Shown: positions 37,702 to 48,927 of the stretch, in pieces
Layout of the letters: each line of letters opens with the position of its first letter
How positions within the stretch are numbered: position 1 is the first letter of the stretch
From: Minisyncoccota bacterium
Lineage (GTDB): Bacteria > Patescibacteriota > Minisyncoccia > Phycocordibacterales > UBA918
Reading direction: 5' to 3'
Assembly (NCBI GenBank): GCA_041389045.1
Contig: JAWKSQ010000001.1
Coordinates: 11,063 to 75,062 of the forward strand
DNA length: 64,000 bases
Program-made: the position numbers and the translations under genes
The notes under the pieces: model-generated
What the model saw: the letters and a program-made list of their open reading frames with translations, nothing else
Told to the model about the DNA's origin: nothing
The model's database searches: none

Positions 37702-38859
37702 ATGTCACATACACACGCACACGAACATCATCATGATATTGATTTTAAAAAGGCCTTTACCGTTACTAAAGAAGCTGGCTCACAGGTAAAGATTGTCGGA
37801 GAAATCCCTTTTACCGAGCTACAAAACGAACGTAAAGGGGCTATTAAAGCCCTTGGCGCCAACGTTGAGCTAGATGGTTTCCGTAAAGGAAACGTTCCAG
37901 AAAACATTCTAGTGAAGCGCATTGGTGAAATGGCTATCCTTGGTGAAATGGCAGAACGAGCTATCTCACACATGTATCCTCATATTATAGAAGCCCACGA
38001 TATCGATCCTATCGGTCATCCAAAGATTGAAATTACCAAGCTGGCACCAGAAAATCCGCTCGGCATTAGTCTGACAGTCGCTACCATGCCCGAAGTAACC
38101 CTCCCCGACTACAAAAAGCTAGCGTCTAGTATCAATAAAGACAAAGAGTCTAAAGAAGTGACAGAAGAAGAAGTTGAAAAGCAAATAAGCGAGATCTTGC
38201 GCCAAAAAATGGCCTACGATCGTATCCAAGCTAAGGCTGTTAAAAAAGCTGAAGGAGCAGAAAGTGACACTGAAACTACGGATGAAGCTAAGCCTAAAGC
38301 AGATACAGTCGAAGATTTTTCTAAGCAACCCCTACCAGAACTAACAGATGAATTAGTTAAGGAACTTGGTCAACCCGGACAATTCACCGATGTGGCTGAC
38401 TTTAAAAGCAAAATCAAAGAACACCTAACGATTCAGAAAGGACAAGATGTCGAAGGTAGACACCGAGCCAAAATTACTGACGCCATTATTGCTGGTAGTA
38501 CTATAGAACTGCCACAAATCCTAATCGATTCTGAATTGGGACAAATGTTTGCCCAGATGGAAGAAGATCTATCTCGCTCTGGCCTTAAGATGGATGACTA
38601 TCTAAGTCACATCAAGAAAACAAAAGACGACCTCAAGACTGAGTGGACACCAGCCGCTGAGAAACGAGCCAAACTCCAACTCATTCTCAATGAGATAGCT
38701 AAGAAAGATAAAATTGTGGCTGACGCAGAGCTCGTCAAGAAACAAGTTGACGAAATTCTTAAGCAGTACAAAGACGCTGACCCCTACCGAGTAGGAATCT
38801 ACGTCACCTCAGTCCTCACGAACGAAGCAGTGATGAAGACACTTGAAGCTGAGAAGTAG
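37702..38859 (+). CDS. tig: Trigger factor
   Basis: The ribosome-binding-region motif GFRKGNVP and the domain order typical of Tig. The start was taken at MSHTHAHEHHH. Confidence 0.88.
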   Translation: MSHTHAHEHHHDIDFKKAFTVTKEAGSQVKIVGEIPFTELQNERKGAIKALGANVELDGFRKGNVPENILVKRIGEMAILGEMAERAISHMYPHIIEAHDIDPIGHPKIEITKLAPENPLGISLTVATMPEVTLPDYKKLASSINKDKESKEVTEEEVEKQISEILRQKMAYDRIQAKAVKKAEGAESDTETTDEAKPKADTVEDFSKQPLPELTDELVKELGQPGQFTDVADFKSKIKEHLTIQKGQDVEGRHRAKITDAIIAGSTIELPQILIDSELGQMFAQMEEDLSRSGLKMDDYLSHIKKTKDDLKTEWTPAAEKRAKLQLILNEIAKKDKIVADAELVKKQVDEILKQYKDADPYRVGIYVTSVLTNEAVMKTLEAEK

Positions 38860-38960
38860 TAAGAAATATTAAACTAGCGAAACCAAACCGTCGCGCCCTT
38901 CGGGCGCGACGGTTTTGTTTTCGCTAGTCGAAAAACATATTCTGGTAAGATGCTCACCAT

Positions 38961-39566
38961 ATGTCAAACAAAGAATCTGAATCAATTAGTAGTTACTTGG
39001 TCCCAATGGTAATTGAAAAAACCCAAGGGGGTGAACGAGCCTTTGATATTTTCTCTCGCCTACTTAAGGAAAGAATTATATTTATCACTGGACCAATCGA
39101 AGACCACATGGCCAACTTAGTGGTAGCTCAACTTCTATTCCTTGAATCTGAAGACCCCAAAAAAGACATCTATATCTATGTAAATTCTCCGGGTGGAAGT
39201 GTCACGGCTGGCCTATCTATCATCGACACCATGCACCACATCAAACCTGACGTAGCGACTGTTTGTGTTGGTATGGCCGCTTCGATGGGTTCACTCATTT
39301 TGTCTCAAGGCGCCAAAGGTAAGCGTTTCATGCTACCAAACGCCGAAGTTATGATTCATCAGCCAAGTGGTGGTGCCTACGGCCAAGCGTCTGACATCGA
39401 TATTACCGCCAAGCACATCATCAAGACTCGCGATAAGCTAAACAAGATGCTCGCTAAAGCTACTGGACAAAAAATCGCCAAAATTGAGCAAGACGTCGAC
39501 CGCGACTTTTTCATGGACGCTGAGGAAGCGACTAAGTACGGTATCGTCGATAAGATCTATAATTAA
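38961..39566 (+). CDS. clpP: ATP-dependent Clp protease proteolytic subunit
   Basis: Full ClpP pattern including GMAASMG and MIHQP. Confidence 0.96.
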   Translation: MSNKESESISSYLVPMVIEKTQGGERAFDIFSRLLKERIIFITGPIEDHMANLVVAQLLFLESEDPKKDIYIYVNSPGGSVTAGLSIIDTMHHIKPDVATVCVGMAASMGSLILSQGAKGKRFMLPNAEVMIHQPSGGAYGQASDIDITAKHIIKTRDKLNKMLAKATGQKIAKIEQDVDRDFFMDAEEATKYGIVDKIYN

Positions 39567-39698
39567 TAAAGTTTCTGGGTCTCAAACAGCCGGCACGTAA
39601 AACGTGCCGGCTGTTTTACAACCTGCTATAATTCTGTTATGGTACGCAAAGTTGACAGTTACGAACACCAGGAATTTTAATCATTTAAAGGAAGATCT

Positions 39699-41228
39699 AT
39701 GCCACCAAATGTAGCCCTGTTTGCCATTTTGGCAGCGCTAGGGGCAGGCATTGCAGCTGGATATTACTTTCGGTACCTTCACGCCTTATCCAAGAAACGG
39801 TCACTCGAGATAGACATCAAAGAAAAGACAGTCGAAGCAGAAAAGAAAGCCATCGAAATAATTGAAAAAGCGGAAGCAAAAGCTGCTGCCACCTTAGACG
39901 AAGCTAAACAAGAAAGAAAAGAAAAGGAAGCAAAGTTATCAGAGAAAGAAAGACACCTCCTGAAAAGAGAGGAGATTATTGATAATCGCCAAATTGACTT
40001 AGACTCACAAAGAGAATCCCTACAAACCAAGATCACAGAAGTAAAATCCATCAAGACTCAGCTTGATGATCGTAAAAAGGAAATCGATACCAAGCTCGAG
40101 GAGGTGGCAGGCCTCACTAGTGAAGAAGCCTACCAAAGAATAGTCACCAAAATTGAAGCAGAGAGAAACGATGACTTGCGGGCTCACCTAGAAAAGGTCG
40201 AACGCGCTAATACCGAAGCCTTCGAAGCCAAAGCACAAAATATTCTTCTAGCGGCAATTCACCGGGTTGGTAACAATATGCCATCAAACGTCATGACTGC
40301 CCACGTTGAAATACCTAGCGATGATCTTAAGGGTAAGGTGATTGGTAAAGAAGGTCGTAACGTACGGGCTTTTGAAAGAGCCACCGGAGTAGACGTCCTA
40401 ATCGACGAAACACCTGGTTATATCGTTCTCTCATCCTTTGACCCAATTCGTCGGGAAATAGCTAAAGTAGCTATGGAAAACCTACTTAAAGATGGTCGTA
40501 TCCAACCAGCTAAAATTGAAGAAATGGTGGACTCAGCCCGCAAAGAAGTGGCGGGGACTGTTCGTAAAATGGGCGAAAAAGCAGCCTACGAAGCCAATGT
40601 ACCAAACCTTCATCCAGACCTCATCATGATTCTTGGTCGCCTTCACTTTAGAACCAGTTACGGACAAAACGTACTCTGGCACTCAGTTGAAATGGCTCAC
40701 ATGGCCGCGATTATTGCGGAAGAAGTCGGAGCTGACGTAGCGGTAGCTCGAGCTGGCGCCTTGCTTCACGACATCGGTAAAACTGTAAGTCATGAAGTGG
40801 CAGGCACCCACGTAGAGATTGGTATTCGTATTCTGGAGAAATATGGTGTAGACCACCAGGTTATTCTCGCTATGCGCGCTCATCATGAAGAATATCCATA
40901 CGAAACGCCTGAATCCATTATCGTGCAAGTAGCTGACGCTATTTCTGGTGGACGCCCGGGCGCTCGCCGTGACTCAATTGAAAACTACATCAAACGTCTA
41001 ACTGACCTAGAAGCTATTGCCACTACCATCGTCGGTGTAGATAAAGCCTTTGCGATTGCCGCTGGTCGCGAGATCCGCGTACTAGTCAATCCTGAAACCC
41101 TAAATGACTTTGAATCACACGCTCTAGCTCGCACGATTGCTACTAACATTGAAGCGCAATTGCGTTACCCTGGTGAAATAAAAGTCCATGTCATTCGTGA
41201 AACTAGAGTGATTAGTTACGCTCGCTAG
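39699..41228 (+). CDS. rny: Ribonuclease Y
   Basis: N-terminal TM, coiled coil, KH (GKVIGKEGRN) and HD domain (LLHDIGK). Confidence 0.93.
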   Translation: MPPNVALFAILAALGAGIAAGYYFRYLHALSKKRSLEIDIKEKTVEAEKKAIEIIEKAEAKAAATLDEAKQERKEKEAKLSEKERHLLKREEIIDNRQIDLDSQRESLQTKITEVKSIKTQLDDRKKEIDTKLEEVAGLTSEEAYQRIVTKIEAERNDDLRAHLEKVERANTEAFEAKAQNILLAAIHRVGNNMPSNVMTAHVEIPSDDLKGKVIGKEGRNVRAFERATGVDVLIDETPGYIVLSSFDPIRREIAKVAMENLLKDGRIQPAKIEEMVDSARKEVAGTVRKMGEKAAYEANVPNLHPDLIMILGRLHFRTSYGQNVLWHSVEMAHMAAIIAEEVGADVAVARAGALLHDIGKTVSHEVAGTHVEIGIRILEKYGVDHQVILAMRAHHEEYPYETPESIIVQVADAISGGRPGARRDSIENYIKRLTDLEAIATTIVGVDKAFAIAAGREIRVLVNPETLNDFESHALARTIATNIEAQLRYPGEIKVHVIRETRVISYAR

Positions 41229-41417
41229 AGACTAATTCTTAAACTAAACTCACCCGAATCGTTTTAGTAGAAAAAATTAGACAACACTAATTACAAAAAG
41301 GAAGACGTGGCAGCTTATCTATGTTGCTATATAATACTTCTATGCCACACAGTCGGCGCCGTGCATGAGCTTCGCTCACCACAAAATTAATCGCTCTTAT
41401 AATAATTATCTAATTCT

Positions 41418-41690
41418 ATGAACAAAGCAGATATCATCAGTAAAGTACACGAGGTTCTAGGCTCAACTAAGGCCGATGCTGAACGAGCAGTAGACGCTGT
41501 ATTCAACAGTGTTGAAGCAGCTATGAAAGATGGCGTAGCAGTATCAATTGCAGGATTTGGTATTTTCGAAGCTAAGCTCAGAGCAAAGCGAGAAGCGAGA
41601 AACCCACGCACCGGAGAAACTGTACAAGTTCCAGCTATGCGCGTACCAAAGTTCCGAGCAGCTAAGGCTCTAAAGGACGCGGTTAAATAA
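41418..41690 (+). CDS. hup: DNA-binding protein HU
   Basis: MNKADIISKV…GFGIFEAKLRAKREARNPRTGE…. Confidence 0.95.
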   Translation: MNKADIISKVHEVLGSTKADAERAVDAVFNSVEAAMKDGVAVSIAGFGIFEAKLRAKREARNPRTGETVQVPAMRVPKFRAAKALKDAVK

Positions 41691-41794
41691 TTTTTAACTC
41701 CATTAAATAAAAACTGCGCGACCAAAGGTCGCGCAGTTTTTATTTATACCAACAAATTATTAGCAACTTTATTTTTTGGTGTTATACTTATAAA

Positions 41795-41892
41795 TGTAGC
41801 GGAGGTAATACGCTATGTGGAAATGCAAAGGTATTCCTCGCTATTTCCCATCACAATTTGGTAAAAGCCCCTACAGCCATGGGGCTTTTACT
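41795..41892 (+). ncRNA. Candidate ~100-nt sRNA or 39-aa sORF transcript
   Basis: The extended -10 tgtTATACT, a short structured region, and the intrinsic terminator aaaagcccc/ggggctttt (41863..41889). The RBS+ATG at 41815 reads through the terminator. Confidence 0.25.
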
Positions 41893-41966
41893 TTGCCCAA
41901 AATTGCAAAAAAAATAATACCAGTGTCAAAATAGTAGAGTGACCTTATTAATACAAATAAAACATT

Positions 41967-42830
41967 ATGGCAATGGAAAAATTTAGCTCCTCACCTACCC
42001 CTGAAAATAGTGACTTAGGACCAGAAGATATAGCTGAACTTGAAGCACAAGCTGAAAGCCTAGGGAATGAAGCTGTGTTACTACGATCGGATTTCATTCA
42101 TTGGATTGATAGTGATCTAGAAGCTGGTATGCAACTAATTGACGTTCTAGTACGCTACTGAGGGTCGTAAGGGGCTTGTGTTAGTTAACGTTGCTCCTCG
42201 TGGTGGCCATACTAGAAAATGGGAAAACGCCCCCTTTGGCTTTTTTGGTACCAAGAAACCTTAGTCATTTCTTCCATTGACGGCTATGTGCTATCGGCTA
42301 TAAAACAATTGAATTTAGCGGAGGACATTTCAGTTATTGATACCAAAAGTGGTAGCGAAGCGATGCTAAACGCTCGTTTTATTTCACCAACTGTTGCTAC
42401 TCAAATCCCTCACATCAATTCCGGGCTTTGACTTTATACCTAGAGTCGGCGCTTTTATGCTCAAGGGTGGCAACGTTCCATTGGAAAAGCACCCTCTGAC
42501 AGAAATACCCGACTTACCAAAAGCTATTTGGAATATCGACAATTTCGGCAACTGCAAAACCACTCTGACTCAAAGAAATATTACTCCAGGGGTCACACTT
42601 ACTCGTTTTGGTGACTTACCTTTTCATGATTTATTAAAAGATGTACCTAACACGCTTCACTAACCAGGGGTAGCTCGAGGAATTGGCGAGAATCGTTTTG
42701 TAGAACTAGTCATTCAAAGAGAAACTTCGCCACAGTGAACAACGCTAAGATCGGTGACGCTATCTTTTCGGAACAATATGAAACTTATTTTAAGAACAGC
42801 AACCAGTTAATGACCGGAATCGGTAAGTAA
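41967..42830 (+). pseudogene. Frameshifted gene, possibly SAM hydrolase / SAM-dependent halogenase family (tentative)
   Basis: The pieces …GLVLVNVAPRGGHTRKWENAPFGFF | WYQETLVISSIDGYVLS… | GFDFIPRVGAFML…IWNIDNFGNCKTTL… | …GIGENRFVELVIQR | NFATVNNAKIGDAI lie in different frames. One shift is at a t6 run. Confidence 0.5.
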
Positions 42831-42837
42831 ACAACAA

Positions 42838-43468
42838 CCACCGGACTTAGGTCCGGCGCTTTAATTTCATCTAGTCGGATGAACCATCTGCCGGATTAAG
42901 CCGGCTGAACTAGTTGCTAGGAGATTGGTTTGTTAAATAGTGATGGTTGATCAACTTGATTATGATGATCTTGATGCTTCAGTGCCGACGGATAATCATT
43001 TCATCTAGACCGATCGTAGAGACGAAATAACCTCTATAGTTAGAGTGATTCTTTTTCATAGAGACCATGAGCACGTTTTATTTTCTTCTTCATCAAGCTG
43101 AGCTTTTACCTTTGATTATTTGCATCAGGTACGAGACTGAATCCCTCGGAGAGCACTCAGTATTAAGTGGATATGATCATCTTGGATGTTTAGTTCGATT
43201 ATTTCCCAGTGTCTGTATTTAGTGATTGATTCAAAGGTACGTCTCAATTCATCTTTAACCTTTTGTGGTCCTAGTACCTTGCCTCGGTATTTTGGAGTCC
43301 AGACGAGATGGTATTTCATCTCGTAACAATGTGCTAGTGTTTTAATGGTACGTTGCGCATACGTATTTAAGTTATTACTAAAGCCGACCGCCCGCTTCAC
43401 TGTATGCGTTGCACTTCAAACGTACTCTCCGGTGAAGCCGGAGGGTTTTTAGGGATAACAAAACCCCG
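42838..43468 (-). mobile_element. Degenerate IS200/IS605-family element (tnpA relic plus end hairpins)
   Basis: Hairpins are at 42840..42857, 42890..42905 and 43426..43446. The Y1 transposase relic lies between them. Confidence 0.6.
42979..43400 (-). pseudogene. tnpA: IS200/IS605 Y1 (HUH) transposase TnpA, multiply frameshifted
   Basis: …MKYHLVWTPKYRGKVL…DDHIHLILSA is followed, in other frames, by PRDSVSYLMQIIKGKSS and YRGYFVSTIGLDEMIIRR. Confidence 0.8.
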
Positions 43469-43661
43469 CAAACTTCGTTTGCGGCAGGGTTGTCTACTTA
43501 GCTTTAATATTTCAAATTATCCCTTATTCTTTAATAGTTCCCTGATTGCTGGTACTTGCATGTGCATGTGTGAAGCTCCATAAACAATCATTTGGACATA
43601 AAGACCGGACTCAACACCCTCATAAACATATTCGAGAATACACCTGTCCCGAATAGCTGAA

Positions 43662-44408
43662 CTAGCTTGAGCAACATAATTTGTTATGTACAACTGCTTT
43701 CCTTCCCAAGGTACCGGATTTTGTAGAGAAAATTAAATCTTCATCGCTAATGTTATTACTATCAAGCGGTATCCCCAACTCTTTTGCATACCCCAAACAT
43801 TGCTCAAATACATCACCATCACTAGGCAGACCGAGTAAGTCGCACCACTTTTTCCTATTCTTTTCTACGTAGACTTCAATTGGTTCAGTCCTACCGTGAG
43901 CAACCCACTGTGAGGCAGAAGCAAACATCTTATCAAGAAAAATTGCTCTTTTATCATAGCCTTCTTTCTCTAGAGCTTCAAATAAATCTTTATAGGACGG
44001 TTCTGGACAATCTACTTTTATATCTTTCTTTAAGGAATACCAAGCCGTCATAAATGCCTCACCATTCATTGCTGCCTCTTCATAAGACATTTTCTTAATT
44101 TCCTGAATAAATATTGGTAGACGTTCCATATCTTTAAATATGCGCATACCTTCCACCAAGACAACTTGAGGATTATGTAGATCAATAAGATCTTTGATCT
44201 GTTGCATTTGTGGATGTGCTGGATCATTTTGATGATTTGCTCCAAAGCACACTACTTTATTTACACCGTTTTCTATCACTTCTAAATATGGGTCCGGAAA
44301 ATCCTCGCGTCTATTAGCATAATCCGCTGGCGTCAGAGAGAATTGCATAGCATTTCTTACAACTCGCCGCTTATTCTCCTCGGTCAAAATACTTTCTGAA
44401 TTTTCCAT
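43662..44408 (-). CDS. Hypothetical protein
   Basis: Clean 248-aa ORF with no domain recognised. Confidence 0.5.
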   Translation of the reverse strand: MENSESILTEENKRRVVRNAMQFSLTPADYANRREDFPDPYLEVIENGVNKVVCFGANHQNDPAHPQMQQIKDLIDLHNPQVVLVEGMRIFKDMERLPIFIQEIKKMSYEEAAMNGEAFMTAWYSLKKDIKVDCPEPSYKDLFEALEKEGYDKRAIFLDKMFASASQWVAHGRTEPIEVYVEKNRKKWCDLLGLPSDGDVFEQCLGYAKELGIPLDSNNISDEDLIFSTKSGTLGRKAVVHNKLCCSS

Positions 44409-44466
44409 ATAGTACTTATATTTTCTACAAACTGTGCTGGTTTAGTTTATCTATCACTAACCAAAT

Positions 44467-44946
44467 CTAGTGAATGGTCTCAGTTTCCTCTAGCAATTCA
44501 TTTACTTTTTTCAAGAACTTATCTACCTTTGCTTTATCAAAAGAATTCACAATAGCTTTGTAGTCCTCATCACCCAAAACTTTATTATCTTCTGTTTCTA
44601 AAAGTGCTTGTTGGTATCTCTGATATTTATCTTTAATGTCTTGCTCCTTTTCTTCAGCAGTTTTTTCATTACTTGGTTCTTTGTCCCAATAGTCTCTAAA
44701 TGGCTCAGCGAAATATTCATCCCATAGTGAAAAAACTTCATCTGCTTTTGGGTGTTGAGTTTTACCAAACACCGGAACGACGTGATCTTTTAAATCTTCT
44801 GGTAGCATGTATTGCATTAGCCTCAGCTGTATCCAAACACTGTGCGAAGGCTCCATTTCTCTACCTAGTACTCCAGGTCGCTTAAAACCTGGTTCAGGTA
44901 CTGTTTTTTTAGGCTGGGGAATTGATTCAGGATTGTACATATACAA
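44467..44946 (-). CDS. Hypothetical protein
   Basis: Clean 159-aa ORF. Confidence 0.5.
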   Translation of the reverse strand: MYMYNPESIPQPKKTVPEPGFKRPGVLGREMEPSHSVWIQLRLMQYMLPEDLKDHVVPVFGKTQHPKADEVFSLWDEYFAEPFRDYWDKEPSNEKTAEEKEQDIKDKYQRYQQALLETEDNKVLGDEDYKAIVNSFDKAKVDKFLKKVNELLEETETIH

Positions 44947-44995
44947 ATATTAACACAAAATTAAACTTATTTATTTTAGTGTAATAAATTCTAAT

Positions 44996-46189
44996 TTAAG
45001 TTGAATTTCTTTTATGGTTGTAAGCAATATACAAATACAACGGTACAAAGAAAGCAATCATACCCAAACCAGCCGACAAAAATCCTATTTGATAAGAAGT
45101 CATTTCGATAACATATCCCAGACCGAGCGCTACGAGTCCACTAACCCCAAGTTGTACTTGAGACACTACCGAAAGTAGTGTTGCTTTAAACTTACTCTTC
45201 CCTATTACATCAAAGAAATAGCCCTCTTGGACCCTTATCATTCCCCACTGCAGACCATTCATAAGAGCTAGCATAGTTATAGCTACCCACAAATTAGAGC
45301 TGAGCCACAGTACAAATAACATACCTAGAAACAAAACTAACTGTAACAAATACAAGTTTGCTACTGATTTTGTCCAGTCCCGAATCACACCACTATACAT
45401 TTGAAGTAGAGTCGCAATAGCGCGCCCAGCGCCGTGCAAAACACCAAACCAAACAATTGGGACCCCTAGAAGAACCTGGTAAGGTGCACGGAAAACACTG
45501 ACAGCCAATATGGTTCCCATCAGGGCACCTGTAAAAATGGCGTGACGAAAGAATGACAGCTTCCAACTTTCTTGCATAACTTGCTTAAAATTTGTCACAC
45601 CTATCTCTGCCACCTCTTCCGGTGTGACTGGCGGTTTAACCAAAGTAAAAGCCACCAAAAGACCAGCAATATCAAAAACTAGCGCTACTAAAAAAGGGAC
45701 CTGGTAACTGATACTGACGAAAAACGGAATCAGAATCGTGAGGAAAATAGGTACCCCAAAACCAATAGCACTTATCTTTCCCATTACTCTGGTGTAGTCC
45801 TTTTCTCTTCCTAGTCCACGGAAAGTCTCGTGCATGAAAGCACTACCAGTACCGCTAGCGAAGGCATTGCTGATATTGAGAAAAACACCACCCGCTATCA
45901 AAGCTGGGATTGACTCTGAGAAAAGAAAACACGCCGTAGAAATGACCATGCTGACCCGAGAGACAATTAACGCTTCCTTGTGCCCCAACTTATCCGAGAT
46001 ATAACCACTAGGGATTTCAAAAATAAATCCAGCTACAGTTCCGATTAGCAAAAGCATTCCAATCCACCAAGCCGTGACATCGGGAATAGTCAGATAATAA
46101 GCCCCTAAAATGGCCGCAAAAATTCTCTTGTTGGTCACCAAAAGAATAGTGTATTTCCAGATATTTCCTTCCAAACGACTCTTATTCAT
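44996..46189 (-). CDS. MFS transporter
   Basis: About 12 TM segments; the GYISDKLGHK loop is MFS motif-A-like. Confidence 0.8.
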   Translation of the reverse strand: MNKSRLEGNIWKYTILLVTNKRIFAAILGAYYLTIPDVTAWWIGMLLLIGTVAGFIFEIPSGYISDKLGHKEALIVSRVSMVISTACFLFSESIPALIAGGVFLNISNAFASGTGSAFMHETFRGLGREKDYTRVMGKISAIGFGVPIFLTILIPFFVSISYQVPFLVALVFDIAGLLVAFTLVKPPVTPEEVAEIGVTNFKQVMQESWKLSFFRHAIFTGALMGTILAVSVFRAPYQVLLGVPIVWFGVLHGAGRAIATLLQMYSGVIRDWTKSVANLYLLQLVLFLGMLFVLWLSSNLWVAITMLALMNGLQWGMIRVQEGYFFDVIGKSKFKATLLSVVSQVQLGVSGLVALGLGYVIEMTSYQIGFLSAGLGMIAFFVPLYLYIAYNHKRNST

Positions 46190-46293
46190 TTCAAACCACT
46201 ATACCCTAGAGTTGGTAAACTACAATTTACTTTTACAAACGAAAAGCCGCCAACAGGTGACTTTTCCTGTTGGCGGACAAACGATTGTTCGCA

Positions 46294-46770
46294 TTATTCC
46301 TTTCCAAAAACGCATCTCACCACTATTTTCCCATCGACCACACTAAAGGTGATGTCTGTCCTTTCGTATAAGCCACGGATGTTATTGAGTAATGATTCTA
46401 TACCCAACAAATCCTCTGCCGGTACCGAGAAAAAACGCCGAGACCGCTCATAGTACTCATCTCTCCCCATCAGGGCCGGGTCACTTTCACGATCTAGCAA
46501 CAGACAATTGAAAAGACAGATCGCACCCTCTCCCTTTTTGCAATCGTATTCTTGTACACCGTCAAAGTAACTGCTTCCTTCTTTGAAGTAAAAGATGAGG
46601 TGTAGTCTCCCTCGACGAAACGCAGAGGCGAAAGACGAACAAAAACTGACCGGCTCGCAACGCCATCCTGGACCACTAGCACTCAAGGTGATCCCAACGA
46701 CCTGACCATCCGAATCACGGTTAATCTTGAAACTAATGCCATCGTTAGTTTTAACTTCAGAATCCATCAC
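46294..46770 (-). CDS. Hypothetical protein (orphan)
   Basis: 158-aa ORF with a terminator hairpin downstream (46243..46280). Confidence 0.45.
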   Translation of the reverse strand: MMDSEVKTNDGISFKINRDSDGQVVGITLSASGPGWRCEPVSFCSSFASAFRRGRLHLIFYFKEGSSYFDGVQEYDCKKGEGAICLFNCLLLDRESDPALMGRDEYYERSRRFFSVPAEDLLGIESLLNNIRGLYERTDITFSVVDGKIVVRCVFGKE

Positions 46771-46832
46771 ATCTTCTCCTTTAAAATCAAAAACCTTAAA
46801 CCTTAACTACCATAGTCCGAAAAGAGTAAATG

Positions 46833-47552
46833 TCAATTAAGGCGTTTGTAAAGTTGCATAAATATTGCTCTTTGAAACCGTGCGATTTCCGCACTCTCAA
46901 TTAAGATCCCTGACTCAGCCCCATAATCTATAATTATAACTTTATTCTTATAGATTAATGTCGTGACCTCAAAATCTCGCTCATCAAAATCAGTAAGGAT
47001 TTTAATATGACGTTCAAGACGTGATTTTTTCCCTTCGGCATACCAAGCCCCTGAAATAACTAGACGTTCAAGTTGCTTTTTGTCACGTATTTCTCGATAC
47101 CCTTTCGGAAGATAATCTTCCCCCTTATGTTTTCTGGGCGGGGAACTATATCGATACACAGTATCTTTTGGCTTCATAGTGACAACCATTTCGTGAAAAA
47201 TCTTTTTAATACAATTCTTACCACTAAAGTGGCGTATGAGTGGGCGTTTAGAACGACCTTCATATAAGTGTTCAAGATCTGGGAGTGTTTCCTCAAAATC
47301 CTTTTGTAAATTTTCATGCAGTTCACGAAGTCGCACAGGGTGGGCTGGCACATAGATCTTTTGCTTACCACGACTCGCCTCACTTACAAATCCATCCTCA
47401 ATCATTTGTGGAAGTAACCGATATAACCGAGGGCGATTAATTCCAGTTACACGGGAAATCTCTGCAATTTTCATTCCACCTCTATGAAGTAGCGATAAAT
47501 ATATATCAGCTTCGGGAGCTGGGATTCCAAGTTTAATAAGGATATTATTCAT
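46833..47552 (-). CDS. TrmB-family HTH transcriptional regulator
   Basis: N-terminal LGIPAPEADIYLSLLHRGGMKIAEISRVTGINRPRLYRLL is a winged helix. Confidence 0.7.
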   Translation of the reverse strand: MNNILIKLGIPAPEADIYLSLLHRGGMKIAEISRVTGINRPRLYRLLPQMIEDGFVSEASRGKQKIYVPAHPVRLRELHENLQKDFEETLPDLEHLYEGRSKRPLIRHFSGKNCIKKIFHEMVVTMKPKDTVYRYSSPPRKHKGEDYLPKGYREIRDKKQLERLVISGAWYAEGKKSRLERHIKILTDFDERDFEVTTLIYKNKVIIIDYGAESGILIESAEIARFQRAIFMQLYKRLN

Positions 47553-47723
47553 TATAATGTAACATATTATTACACATTTTATATCATATATTATCCTTTA
47601 TAACAAAGGTTTTACTGCAAAGAGGACATTTTTAGCGCTAATTTAATCACTTATAAGTACAATTTATTTTACCCATGATACCTTTCTCCTCGGACGCACA
47701 TTGAAAATAGAAAGGAGGTGTCC

Positions 47724-48014
47724 ATGGAAAATGGTAAATCCCCACTGCAAGAGCTTCGCAACTCTCTCGCCAAACAAGTGCAAGGACAGGCACGGCGATC
47801 ATTCGAGAGTGGAGTAGCGCAAATTGAAGTAATCGGTCAAGTAGCTGAAGAGCAATATCAAAAAGAACTTCGAGAGATTCAAAGCTATCCGACTACGCTT
47901 CGAAAAAAGATGGAGGAATCTGCGCAAGTTCGCTACGAAACTCATATGAACTACATGAGATCTCTCATAAGAAGCTTAGCAAAAAGTATAAAGGGGGTGG
48001 TTGATCGGCATTAA
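47724..48014 (+). CDS. Hypothetical helical protein
   Basis: The RBS aaggagg lies 5 nt before the ATG, with a terminator downstream. Confidence 0.5.
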   Translation: MENGKSPLQELRNSLAKQVQGQARRSFESGVAQIEVIGQVAEEQYQKELREIQSYPTTLRKKMEESAQVRYETHMNYMRSLIRSLAKSIKGVVDRH

Positions 48015-48130
48015 TTAGAATGTCCAACTCAGGAACTAAGGTTCCTGAGTTTTCATTACCAATCCGAGCCGTAGGAAACTGAATCGGCAGGTCATACGAC
48101 ACCGTAACATAAAGTCGTAAGGAGAAAATC

Positions 48131-48927
48131 ATGCCATACCTTTTTATTCTGGGAGCTAAGGATCCAGAAATGGATCGAATTGAAGAAATTTTGCAAAATG
48201 CTAATCAAGTATTCACACAGGCTAAAGTAAACGGTGTTCGAGTACACGCCGGAAATACCTACACGGTCGACGAGATACCTAACCTGAACCAGTACACGCC
48301 GGTCTGGATTGAATGCTCTAAGTTTGAACCTGGACACGGCATCTACATTGATCACCACCGCCCGGGTGATGTTGGTTATAGCAAACCACCAGCCCACTTT
48401 TGGAAAGCCTCTTCCTTGGGACAACTTCATGAGCTACTTGACCTGAAACCTTCGCATAATGACATTGTACTCGCCGCCATGGATCATTGCTTTGCCCCTG
48501 CTCTACAAGGTGAATGTCCTGGAGTTACTCCTGAAGAAGTGCGCTTCATCAAGTATCTCGAGATAGAAAAAACAACAGGTGCGAACTTGCAAGAAATCAA
48601 CTCTCTCGTAGACTTGTATACTCAAACACTTTCTACCACACCTACTGTGAGGATTGGGAGCGAAGACGTATATGATTTGAGGTCTTTGTACCTCGGTGAG
48701 GGTATTCCTGAATCTGCTCTGTGCGCAAGTTGCTGTTGCCGGTACAAAGCAGTGCCCTACTGTATCATCGAGACAAAATCAACGCTCCTCAGAAATGGTC
48801 TCTTGCAGGAATGAACTCTCCAGATACAGTTCGCGCCTTTAAAGAAACCTGGGGACCTGCCAGGGGACTGGTAAAGATTTATAGTGTTCCCGATCGTGGT
48901 TATGCAGGAGGATACCTGCCAAACTAA
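48131..48927 (+). pseudogene. Hypothetical protein (contains an IDHHRPGD motif) split by one frameshift near 48715
   Basis: The two overlapping ORFs 48131..48814 and 48721..48927 join. The total length is 3n-1. Confidence 0.5.
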
